Below, in pieces: positions 12,477-24,510 of a stretch of 64,000 nt of DNA. The first letter of the stretch is position 1; each line of letters begins with the position of its first letter. Origin of the DNA: Macrostomum lignano (Eukaryota); NCBI GenBank assembly GCA_002269645.1, contig NIVC01001488.1, forward strand, positions 48,026 through 112,025, in the 5' to 3' direction. The notes below the pieces were generated by a model. That model made no database searches and was not told the origin of the DNA. It saw only the letters and a program-made list of their open reading frames with translations. The position numbers were made by a program, and so were the translations under genes.

Positions 12477-15400
12477 CTAGCAATCTACGCCCCCCGTTGG
12501 GGAGCCAAAGAAATGCAATACACGTTTTTTTAATAAACTACATGTATCCTTGAAATCTTAAAAAATCTCCTGTCAAACCTTGTAAGCCTTGACATGTCAG
12601 TAATTCCCCCCCCCCACAAGCTTTAACATATCAACTTCCCCCCTTGACATCTCAGCAATGCCCCAAATAAGCCTTGGAAATCTAAAAATATCTGTCAACC
12701 TTCTAACCCTAACCCTAGCCTAACCCTAACCCTAACCCTAACCCTAACCCTAACCTAACCCTAAAGCATTGAAATTTCAGTAATTCTCTCTAAGAGTCAT
12801 TATAGCACTACTACAGCATTATAGCGATTCCCTGCAAGCCTCGACATCGTAGAGATTCCCAAATGAATCTCTTAACTTCGACATGAAGCTTATTTTATTT
12901 TTTACATTACGCTTTTTTTATCAGCGATCCCTCCCAGAGGAGGCATCAAATAATGTAATAAAAAGTTTTCAATAAACTACATGTAGCTTCTGACTTTAGC
13001 CTTGAAATCTCATTTATACCCCGTGAACCTTGACATCTCAGATATTCCCCCCGTAAGTCTTAACATGTCAGCGATGGCCCCATAAACCTTGAAATCTAAA
13101 AAATCCCCTGTTATTCTGTTAACCTTGAAATCCGATAAAATATAACCCTCAACCCACACCTGACCTAAACCTAACTTTAACCCAACCTAAAGCCTTGAAA
13201 TCTCAGCAATTCTTCTCCCCTAAGCCTTGACATTTTAGTGATTCCTTCTTTAAGAATCACAGCACTATAACGATTTCCCCAAGCTTTGACATCGTAGCAA
13301 TTCCCAAATGAATCTTTTAACTTCGACATGACTTTTCTTTTATGTATACGTAGTGCTACTTTTATTTTTTACATGACTCTTCTTCTATCAGCGCCCCCCC
13401 CGTGGCGAGCCAACAAATAATGCAATAAAAAATTGAGTAAAGTACATGACTTTGAATTAGCTTCTGACTTTTGCTTTGACATCTCAGAACCCCCCCCCCC
13501 CCGTAATCTCAGTTATTCTCTGAGAGCCTTTACGTCTCAGTTTTTCTCCCCAGCACAGCATTATAGCTGCATTTAATTTTTACATGACACCCTTCATGTC
13601 TGACATGACGCTTCTTTTATTCTACCATGATGCTTCTTAATTTTTTAAATGACACTTTCATTAGTTTTTAAATGAGGCTCCTATGATTTTTTCATGACGC
13701 TTCTATGATTTTTACATGACACTTCTATGATTTTTTATATGACGCTTCTATGATTGTTTATATGACGCTTCTATGCTTTTTACATGACGCTTCTATGATT
13801 TTTACATAACGCTTCCATGATTGTTTACATGACGCTTCTATGATTGTTTACATGACGCTTCTATGATTTTTTAAATGACGCTTCTATGATTATTTCATGA
13901 CGCTTCTACGATTTCTGCAGGACGCTTCAATGATTTTTACATGCCGCTTTTATGATTTTTACATGACGCTTCTATGATTGTTTACATGACGCTTCTATGA
14001 TTGTTTATACGACGCTTCTATGATTTTTACATGACGCTTCTATGCTTTTTACATGACGCTTCTATGATTGTTTACATGACGCTTCTATGATTGTTTCATG
14101 ACGCTTCTATGATTGTTTACATGACGCTTCTATGATTGTTTACATGACGCTTCTATGATTGTTTTCATGACGCTTCTATGATTGTTTATACGACGCTTCT
14201 ATGATTTTTACATGACGCTTCTATGATTTTTACATGACGCTTCTATGATTTTTTACATGACGCTTCTATGATTGTTTCATGACGCTTCTATGATTGTTTA
14301 CATGACGCTTCTATGATTTTTTACATGACGCTTCTATGATTGTTTACATGACGCTTCTATGATTGTTTATACGACGCTTCTATGATTTTTACATGACGCT
14401 TCTATGCTTTTTACATGACGCTTCTATGATTTTTTACATGACGCTTCTATGATTGTTTCATGACGCTTCTATGATTTTTTACATGACGCTTATATGATTG
14501 TTTACATGACGCTTCTATGATTTTTTACATGACGCTTCTATGATTGTTTACATGACGCTTCCATGATTTTTTACATGACGCTTCTATGATTGTTTACATG
14601 ACGCTTCTATGATTGTTTACATGACGCTTCTATGATTGTTTACATGACGCTTCTATGATTGTTTACATGACGCTTCTATGATTTTTATATGACGCTTCTA
14701 TGATTGTTTACATGACGCTTCTATGATTGTTTACATGACGCTTCTATGATTGTTTAAATGACGCTTCTATGATTGTTTACATGACGCTTCTATGATTTTT
14801 TACATGACGCTTCTATGATTGTTTACATGACGCTTCTATGATTTTTTACATGACGCTTCTATGATTGTTTACATGACGCTTCTATGATTTTTTACATGAC
14901 GCTTCTATGATTTTTACATGACGATTCTTTTTAAAAAGTCTTTTAGTTTTCCTGACGTTGAAAAGCTTTAATTAAAAAATTATACTCTATGAAAATCGAA
15001 CCATCGTCGCTGCATTTAACAGTTCAGTTTGTTCACCTCTAGGCTAGCTCTCATCGTTTTGATAACATCAAATTTTGCACTTATATAATTCAACACTTTA
15101 AAATCCAAGCATAGAGTAAATCACACGAAGCAGTTATGACATAATCAGTTTCTCAGTCAGTCAGTATCAGTTAACAATATGGTTACGCAATCTAAATCAA
15201 GTCTGGTGCTACGCTTCCACACTGCATTTTCAATTCAAGTCGGAGTTACAATTCAGTTATGATGCAATCTATTTCAGAATCAGAATTCAACCAGTCAGTT
15301 TTTTCTCTAGCATTCTTACAATGCATTTCAAGTCGAAAAGTTTGCTTGACCTTTGCAAAAAAGCATGTTTTTCGAATATTTAATGCCTTTAGCATCAAGA

Positions 15401-15536
15401 AATTTCTTAGCCACGATGCATGTACAGTCACGGGAAAATTTCTGATTGAACAGTGCAAGTTCGAACAAAATCGGTACAGCCATTTTTTCTCTAATCGATC
15501 ACATAGACACAGACAGACCATTTTTAGTATATAGGA
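12477..15536 (-). mobile_element. Helitron unit, family 1 (3060 bp)
   Basis: Exact head-to-tail junctions TATATAGGA|CTAGCAATC at 12476/12477 and 15536/15537. Confidence 0.9.
13670..14925. repeat. 21-22 bp tandem array, third copy
   Basis: Same unit as 8290-9399; boundaries approximate. Confidence 0.95.
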
Positions 15537-15685
15537 CTAGCAATCTTCGCCCCCCGATGGGGGACATCTGGATAGAATCTCTGTTCTCTACAATTAACAA
15601 AAAGACAGCCAAAAAATCCTTCACAAAGACAACAGACAAACTGCTCAAATGAAGTGAATTGCAATAAGAAATCTTCCCAAGACCA

Positions 15686-16195
15686 CAAGCATCCCCCAGA
15701 TAGCAAGCATCCTCCAGATAGCAAGCATTCTCCCAGATAGCAAGCATTTCCCAGATAGCAAGCATCCCCAAGATAGCAAGCATCCTCCAGATAGCAAGCA
15801 TCCCCAGATAGCAAGCATCCCCCAGATAGCAAGCATCCCCCAGATAGCAAACATCCCCAGATAGCAAGCATTCCCCAGATAGCAAGCATTCCGCAGATAG
15901 CAAGCATCCCCAGATAGCAAGCATCCCCAAGATAGCAAGCATCCCTCAGATAGCAAGCATACCCCAAGATAGCAAGCATCCCTCAGATAGCAAGCATACC
16001 CAGATAGCAAGCATCCCCAGATAGCAAGCATCCCCAGATAGCAAACATCCCCAGATAGCAAGCATCCCCCAGATAGCAAGCATTCCCCAGATAGCAAGCA
16101 TTCCCCAGATAGCAAGCATCCCCAGAAAGCAAGCATCCTCCAAATAGCAAGCATCCCCAAGATAGATAGCATCCCCAAATAGCAACCATCCACCA
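15686..16195. repeat. ~18 bp tandem array (CAGATAGCAAGCATCCCC), Helitron family 2 cargo
   Basis: Visible tandem copies; this array produces the spurious MLAIWG/DACYLG ORFs. Confidence 0.95.
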
Positions 16196-16296
16196 GACAA
16201 TAAGTAGCTAGAGCGACAATTTCCTTAGCTTTATAGTGGCTCCTTTAAATTGGCATGGCGCTTTATACCTTTACATTTGAAATTGGATATCTTGAA

Positions 16297-19200
16297 TGTT
16301 TGACATGGTGGCTCTTTTATGTTTGACATAGTGGCTCTTCTATGTTTGACATGGTGGCTCTTTTATGTTTGACATAGTGGCTCTTTTATGTTCGACATGG
16401 TGGCTCTTCTATGTTTGACATGGTGGCTTTTTTAGGTTTGACATGGTGGCTCTTTTATGTTTGACATGTTGACTTTTTTATGTTCGACACGGTGGCTTTT
16501 TAATGTTCGACATGGTGGCTCTTTTAGGTTTGAACCGGTGGCTCTTTAATGTTTGACATGGTGGCTCTTTAATGTTCGACATGGTGGCTCTTTTATGTTC
16601 GACATGGTGGCTCTTTAATGTTTGACATGGTGGCCCTTTAATGGTTAACATGGCGGCTCTTTAATTTTCGAAATGGTGGCTCCTTAATTTTCGAAATGGT
16701 GGCTGTTTTATGTTTGACATGGTGGCTCTTTAATGTTCGACATGGTGGCTCTTTAATGTTTGACATGGTGTCTGTTTTATGTTTGATATGGTGGCTCTTT
16801 AATGTTCGACATGGTGGCTCTTTAATGTTTGACATGGTAACTATTTTATGTTTGATATGGTGGCTCTTTAATGTTCGACATGGTGGCTCTTTAATGTTCG
16901 ACATGGTGGCTCTTTAATGTTCGACATGGTGGCTCTTTAATTTTTAACATGGTGACTCTTTTATGTTCGACATGGTGGCTCTTTTATGTTTGACATAGTG
17001 GCTCTTCTATGTTTGACATGGTGGCTCTTTAATGTTTGACATGGTGGCTCTATTATGTTTGACATGGTGGCTCTTCTATGTTTGACATGGTGGCTTTTTT
17101 AGGTTTGACATGGTGGCTCTTTTATGTTTGACATGTTGGCTTTTTAATGTTCGACATGGTGGCTTTTTAATGTTCGACATGGTGGCTCCTTTAGGTTTGA
17201 AATGGTGGCTCTTTAATATTTGACAAGGTGGCTCTTTAATGTTCGACATGGTGGCTCTTTTAGGTTTGAACCGGTGGCTCTTTAATGTTTGACATGGTGT
17301 CTGTTTTATGTTTGACATGGTGGCTCTTTAATGTTCGACATGGTGGCTCTTTAATGTTCGACATGGTGGCTCTTTAATTTTTAACATGGTGACTCTTTTA
17401 TGTTCGACATGGTGGCTCCTTAAGGTTTGAAATATTGGCTCTTTAATGTTTAACATGGTGGCTTTTCTATGTTCGACATGGTGGCTTTTCTATGTTCGAC
17501 ATGGTGGCTCTTGTATGTTCGACATGGTGGCTCTTTTAATGGTCGACATGGTGGCTCTTTAATGTTCTTCATGTTGGCTCTTTTATGTTTGACATGGTGG
17601 CTTTTTTATGTTTGACATGGTGGCTCTTTTATGTTCTACATAGCTGCTCTTTTATGTTCGACATTGTGGCTCTTGTATGTTCGACAGGGTCGCTCTTTTA
17701 GGTTTGAAATGGTGGCTCTTTAATATTTGACAAGGTGGCCCTTTAATGTTTAACATGGCGGCTCTTAAATTTTCGAAATGGTGGCTGTTTTATATTTGAC
17801 ATGGTGGCTCTTTAATGTTCGACATGGTGGCTCTTTAATGTTCTTAATGGTGTCTGTTTTATGTTTGACATGGTTGCTCTTTTATGTTCGACATGGTGGC
17901 TCTTTAATTTTTAACATGGTAACTCTTTTATGTTTGATATGGTGGCTCTTTTATGTTCGACATGGTGGCTCTTGTATGTTCGACATGGTGGCTTCTTTAG
18001 GTTTGAAATGGTGGCTCTTTAATATTTGACAAGGTGGCTCTTTAATGTTCGACATGGTGGCTCTTTTAGGTTTGAAATGGTGGCTCTTTAATATTTGACA
18101 AGGTGGCTCTTTAATGTTTGACATGGTGGCTCTTTAATGTTCGACATGGTGGCTCTTTAATGTTTGACATGGTAACTCTTTTATGTTTGATATGGTGGCT
18201 CTTTTATGTTCGACATGGTGGCTCTTTAATGTTTGACATGGTGGCTCTTTAATGTTTGACATGGTAACTCTTTTATGTTTGATATGGTGGCTCTTTAATG
18301 TTCGACATGGTGGCTCTTGTATGTTCGACATGGTGGCTTCTTTAGGTTTGAAATGGTGGCTCTTTAATATTTGACAAGGTGGCTCTTTAATGTTTGACAT
18401 GGTGGCTCTTTAATGTTTGACATGGTGGCTCTTTTAGGTTTGAAATGGTGGCTTTTTAATGTTTGACAATGTGGCTCTTTAATGTTTGACATGGTGGCTT
18501 TTTAATGTTCGACATGGTGGCTCTTTTAGGTTTGAACCGGTGGCTCTTTAATGTTTGACATGGTGGCTCTTTAATGTTTGACATGGTGTCTGTTTTATGT
18601 TTGACATGGTGGCTCTTTAATGTTCGACATGGTGGCTCTTTTAGGTTTGAACCGGTGGCTCTTTAATGTTTGACATGGTGGCTCTTTAATGTTTGAAATG
18701 GTGGCTCTTTAATGTTCGACATGGTGGCTCTTTAATTTTTAACATGGTGACTCTTTTATGTTCGACATGGTGGCTCCTTTAGGTTTGAAATATTGGCTCT
18801 TTAATGTTTAACATGGTGGCTTTTCTATGTTCGACATGGTGGCTTTTCTATGTTCGACATGGTGGCTCTTGTATGTTCGACATGGTGGCTCTTTTATGTT
18901 CGACATGGTGGCTCTTGTATGTTCGACAGGGTCGCTCTTTTAGGTTTGAAATGGTGGCTCTTTAATATTTGACAAGGTGGCCCTTTAATGTTTAACATAG
19001 CGGCTCTTAAATTTTTGAAATGGTGGCTCCTTAATTTTCGAAATGGTGGCTGTTTTATATTTGACATGGTGGCTCTTTAATGTTCTTAATGGTGTCTGTT
19101 TTATGTTTGACATGGTGGCTCTTTAATTTTTAACATGGTGGCTCTTTTAGGTTTGAAACGGTGGCTCTTTAATGTTTGACATGGTGACTCTTTAATGTTT

Positions 19201-19905
19201 GACATGGTGGCTTTTCTATGTTCGACATGGTGGCTCTTGTATGTTCGACATGGTGGCTTCTTTAGGTTTGAAATGGTGGCTCTTTAATATTTGACAAGGT
19301 GGCTCTTTAATGTTCGACATGGTGGCTCTTTAATGTTTGACATGGTGGCTCTTTTAGGTTTGAAATGGTGGGTCTTTAATGCTTGACAATGTGGCTCTTT
19401 AATGTTTGACATGGTGGCTCTTTAATGTTCGACATGGTGGCTCTTTAATGTTTGACATGGTAACTCTTTTATGTTTAATATGGTGGCTCTTTTATGTTCG
19501 ACATGGTGGCTCTTTAATGTTTGACATGGTGGCTATTGAATGTTTGACATGGTAACTATTTTAGGTTTGAAATGGTGGGTCTTTAATGCTTGACAATGTG
19601 GCTCTTTAATGTTTGACATGGTAACTCTTTTATGTTTGATATGGTGGCTCTTTTATGTTCGACATGGTGGCTCTTTAATTTTCGACATGGTGGCTCCTTT
19701 AGGTTTGAAATGGTGGCTCTTTAATGTTTGACATGGTGGCTCTTCTATGTTCGACATGGTGGCTCTTTAATGTTCGACATGGTGGCTCTTTAATTTTTAA
19801 CATGGTAACTCTTTTATGTTCGATATGGTGGCTCTTTTATGTTCGACATGGTGGTTCTTTAATGTTCGACATGGTGGCTCCTTTAGGTTTGACATGGTGG
19901 CTCTT
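16297..19905. repeat. ~23 bp tandem array (ATGTTTGACATGGTGGCTCTTTA), Helitron family 2 cargo
   Basis: About 3.6 kb of visible tandem copies. Confidence 0.95.
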
Positions 19906-20677
19906 CTATTGCGCTTTTTTTATGTTTAGCAGTTTTTTAGTTTTTAAGGTGTTTTAATAAAAAAATTATTTTGCGCTTCTAAGACTCGAACCCAGGTCGC
20001 TACATTAGCATTCCAGTCTGTTCGCATCAGGGCTATCTCTTTTCAATTGGAGAACATGAATTGTGGCCCTTATAATTCAATTCTTACAGCAAGTCAATTG
20101 GAGTAAAAAGTTATGACATAATCAATTTCTCAGTCAGCCAGTATCAGTCTCACTTCGAGTTAGCAATATGGTTACGCAATTTCAATCAAGTCGTGTGTGC
20201 ATTTCTTCGGCACTGTTTTCAACTTGTTGTGATGCAATCTTTATCAGAATTGAAATTCAGTCAGTCAGTTTTTTCTCTAGCATTCTTACAATGCATTTCA
20301 AGTCGAAAATTTTGCTTGACCTTTGCAAAAAAGCGTGTTTTTCGAATATTTAATCCCTTTAACATTGAGCAATTTCTTAGCCAAGATGCATGTACTGTGC
20401 CAGGAAAATTTCTGATCGAATGATGCAAGTTTGAAGAAAATCGGTTGAGCCGTTTTTTCTGAAATCAATCGCATACCCATATACATACATACATACAGAC
20501 AACTCATTTTTAGTATATAGGACTAGCAATCTTCGCCCCCCGATGGGGGGCATCTAGATAGAATCTCTGGCACTCTACAAGTATCAAAAAGACGGCCAAA
20601 TAAAGCCTTCACATAGACAATAGAAAAACTGCTCAAATGAAGTGCAATGCAAAAAAATATCCCAGGACAGCAAGCAA

Positions 20678-21675
20678 CCCCCCAGATAGCAAGCACCCCC
20701 AGATAGCAAGCATCCACCTAATAGCAAGCACCCTTAGATAGCAAGCATCCCCAGATAGCAAGCATCTCCAGATAGCAAGCACCCCCAGATAGCAGGCACC
20801 CCAGATAGCAAGCATCCACCTAATAGCAAGCACCCTTAGATAGCAAGCACCCCCAGATAGCAAGCACCCCCAGATAGCAAGCACCCCAAGTAGCAAGCAT
20901 CTCTAGATAGCAAGCACCCCCAGATAGCAGGCACCCCAGATAGCAAGCATCCACCTAATAGCAAGCACCCCAAGATAGCAAGCAATTACCTAATAGCAAG
21001 CACCCTTAGATAGCAAGCACCCCCAGATAGCAAGCACCCCCAGATAGCAAGCATCTCCAGATAGCAAGCACCCCCAGATAGCAAGCATCCACCTAATAGC
21101 AAGCACCCCCAGATAGCAAGCATCCACCTAATAGCAAGCATCCACCTAATAGCAAGCACCCCCAGATAGCAAGCACCCCCAGATAGCAAGCATCTCTAGA
21201 TAGCAAGCACCCCCAGATAGCAGGCACCCCAGATAGCAAGCATCCACCTAATAGCAAGCACCCCCAGATAGCAAGCATCTCCAGATAGCAAGCACCCCCA
21301 GATAGCAGGCACCCCAGATAGCAAGCATCCACCTAATAGCAAGCACCCCCAGATAGCAAGCACCCCCAGATAGCAAGAACCCCCAGATAGCAGGCACCCC
21401 AGATAGCAAGCATCCACCTAATAGCAAGCACCCCCAGATAGCAAGCACCCCCAGATAGCAAGCACCCCCAGATAGCAAGCACCCCCAGATAGCACGCATC
21501 TCCAGATAGCAAGCACTCCAAGATAGCAGGCACCCCAGATAGCAAGCATCCACCTAATAGCAAGCACCCCCAGATAGCTAGAACCCCCAAGATAGCAAGC
21601 ATTCCCCCAGATAGCAAGCACCCCCAGATAGCACGCATCTCCAGATAGCAAGCACTCCAAGATAGTAGGCACCCC
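20678..21675. repeat. ~18 bp tandem array, second copy
   Basis: CAGATAGCAAGCACCCC variants. Confidence 0.95.
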
Positions 21676-21677
21676 AT

Positions 21678-23375
21678 TTATGTTTGACATGGTAGCTGTT
21701 TTGTGTCTGACATGGTGGCTCTTTAATGTTTGAGCTGGTGGCTCTTTTATGTTTGACATGGTGGCACTTTAATGTCTGAAATGGAGTCATGTATACGCTT
21801 GACATGGTGACTCGTAGATGTTTGACAAAGTGGCTCTTTTATGTTCGACATGTGGCTCTTTAATGTTTGACATGGTGGCTCTTTAATGTTTGACATGGTG
21901 GCTCTTTAATGTTTGACATGGTGGGTCTTTAATTTATGACATGGTGGCTCTTTTATGTTTGACATGATGGCTCTTTAATGTTCGACATGGTGGCTGTTTA
22001 ATGTTTGTTATGTAGTCATATGTATATGTTTTACATGGTGGCTCTTTTATGTGTGACATGGAGTCACGTATATATTTGACATGGAGTCACATATGTTTGA
22101 CATGGTGGCTCTTTAGTGTTCGATATGGTGGCTCTTTAATGTTTGACATGGTGGCTCTTTTATGTTTGACATAGTGGCTCTTTAATGTCTGACATGGTGG
22201 CTCTTTAATGTTTGACATGGTGGCTCTTTTATGTTTGACATGATGGCTCTTTAATGTTCGACATGGTGGGCTGTTTAATGTTTGTTATGTAGTCATATGT
22301 ATATGTTTTACATGGTGGCCCTTTTATGTGTGACATGGAGGCACGTATATATTCGACATGGAGTCACATATGTTTGACATGGTGGCTCTTTAGTGTTCGA
22401 TATGGTGGCTCTTTAATGTTTGACATGGTGGCTCTTTAATGTCTGACATGGTGGCTCTTTAATGTTTGACATGGTGGCTCTTTTATGTTCGACATGTTGG
22501 CTCTTTAGTGTTTGACATGGCTCTTTAATGTTTGACATGGTGGCTCTTTTATGCTTGACATGGTGGCTCTTTAATGTTCGACATGGTGGCTCTTTAATGT
22601 TTGACATGGTGGCTCTTTTATGCTTGACATGGTGGCTCTTTTATGTTTGACATGGTGGCTCTTTTTTGTTCTACATGGTAACTCTTTTATGTTTGATACG
22701 GTGGCTTTTTAATATCTGACATTGTGGCTCTTCTATGTTTGACATTGTGGCTCTTTTATGTTTGACATGGTGGCTCTTTAATGTTTGACATGGTGGCTCT
22801 TTAATGTACGACATAAAGGTTCGTTTATGTTCGACATGGTGGCTCTTTTAGGTTTGACATGGTAGCTCTTTTATGTTCGACATGGTGGCTCTTTTAGGTT
22901 TGACATGGTGGCTCTTTTAGTTTTGACATGGTAGCTCTTTTATGTTCGACATGGTGGCTCTTAAATGTTTCACATGATGGCTCTTAAATGTCTTACATGG
23001 TGGCTCTTTTATGTTTGACAATGTGGCTCTTTAATGTTTTACATGGCGGCTCTTTTATGTTCGAAATGGTGGCTCTTTAATGTTCGACATGGTGGCTCTT
23101 TAATGTTTGACATGCTAGCTCTTTAATGTTCGACATAGTGGCTCTTTTATGTTTGGCATGGTGGCTCTTTAATGTTCTTCATGGTGGCTCTTTTACGTTT
23201 GACATGGTGGCACTTTAATGTTCGACGTGGTGGCTCTTTAATATTCGAAATGGTGACTCTTTAATGTTTCACATGGTGGCTCTTTAATGTTTGACATAGA
23301 GTCACGTATTTGTTTTACATGGTGCCCATGTAATGTTTGACATGGTGCCTCTTTTATGTTTGACATTGTGCTTTT
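21678..23375. repeat. ~23 bp tandem array, second copy
   Basis: Same unit as 16297-19905 but more degenerate. Confidence 0.95.
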
Positions 23376-23434
23376 TTATGTTTAGCAGTTTCGTGTTTTC
23401 AAGGTGTTTTATAAAAAAATTATTTTGCACTACT

Positions 23435-23493
23435 AAGATTCGAACCCAGGTCGCTACGTTGGCAGTCCAGTCTGTTCGGATCTAGGCTATCTC
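23435..23493 (-). ncRNA. tRNA-derived Pol III A/B-box cassette inside Helitron; homologues at 9451-9508, 11921-11979, 14994-15050 and 19981-20040
   Basis: Minus strand TAGCCTAGATCC..CTGGACTGCCAAC..CTGGGTTCGAATCTTAG followed by a T-run. The T-arm can pair; the acceptor and anticodon stems are imperfect, so this is not a true tRNA. Confidence 0.6.
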
Positions 23494-24510
23494 TTTTCAA
23501 TTGGAGTACATGAATTGTGGCCCTTATAATTAAATTCTTACAGCAAGTCAATTGGGGTAAAAAGTTATGACATAATCAATTTCTCAGTCAGCCAGTATCA
23601 GTCTCAGTTCAAGTTAGCAGTATTGGTTACGCAATTTTAATCAAGTCGTGTGTGCATTTCTTCGGCACTGTTTTCAACTTGTTGTGATGCAATCTTTATG
23701 ACAATCAGAATTCAGCCAGTCAGTTTTTTTCTCTAGCATTCTTACAATGAATTTTAGGTCGAAAGAGCTGCTTGACCTTTGCAAAAAAGCATGTTTTTCG
23801 AATATTTAATCCCTTTATCATTGAGCAATTTTTTAGCCAAGATGCATGTACCGTCCCAGGAAAATTTCTGATCGAATGGTGCAAGTTTGAAGAAAATCGG
23901 TTGAGCCATTTTTTCTGAAATCTATCGCATACCTACCCACATACAGACAACTCATTTTTAGTATATAGGATTAGTATATTTAGATTATTATAAGTTTCAA
24001 AACTCCAAGCATAGAGTAAATTACACGAGGCAGTTATGACATAATCAATTTCTCAGTCAGTCAGTATCAGTTAGCAATATGGTTACGCAATTTGAATCAA
24101 GTCTGGTGCTACGCTTCCACACTGCATTTTCAATACTGTGACGCAATTTAAGTCGGAGTTACAATTCAGTTATGATGCAATCTATTTCAGAATCAGAATT
24201 CAACCAGTCAGTTTTTTCTCTAGCATTCTTACAATGCATTTCAAGTCGAAAAGTTTGCTTGACCTTTGCAAAAAAGCATGTTTTTCGAATATTTAATCCC
24301 TTTAACATGGAGCAATTTCTTAGCCAAGATGCATGTACCGTCACTGGAAAATTTCTGATCGAACAGTGCAAGTCTCATGAAAATCGGTCCAGCCATTTTT
24401 TCTCTAATCGATTACAAGCAAGCAAGCAAGATTTTCATTTTTAGTATATAGGATTTGCATGTACTACTATACTTTGGCAAAGCTGATGCATAAGAAATTC
24501 AAATTTTCAG

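Larger units (their letters stand above)
15537..20522 (-). mobile_element. Helitron unit, family 2 (4986 bp)
   Basis: Same termini and shared ~450-bp 5' region as family 1, but a different interior (18-bp and 23-bp arrays). Confidence 0.9.
20523..23970 (-). mobile_element. Helitron unit, family 2 (3448 bp)
   Basis: Junction GGA|CTAG at 20522/20523; TC start at 23970. Confidence 0.9.
7141..24453 (-). mobile_element. Nested non-autonomous Helitron complex (outer element 7141-9541 + 23985-24453, four units inside)
   Basis: On the minus strand every unit begins TCCTATATACTAAAAAT and ends in a GC hairpin (e.g. GCCCCCC-ATC-GGGGGGC), ~8 nt, then CTAG. The outer element sits between A and T with no TSD. 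No Rep/helicase ORF is present. Confidence 0.92.

Noticed and set aside
8290-23375. Possible CRISPR-like arrays
   Set aside because: The units are directly abutting with no unique spacers, there are no cas genes, and the context is eukaryotic.
9451-23493. Functional tRNA genes
   Set aside because: A/B boxes and the T-arm are present, but the acceptor and anticodon stems do not pair properly. They are treated as tRNA-derived cassettes.
7141-24453. Autonomous Helitron (RepHel)
   Set aside because: No unit has a long non-repetitive ORF or HUH/helicase motifs.
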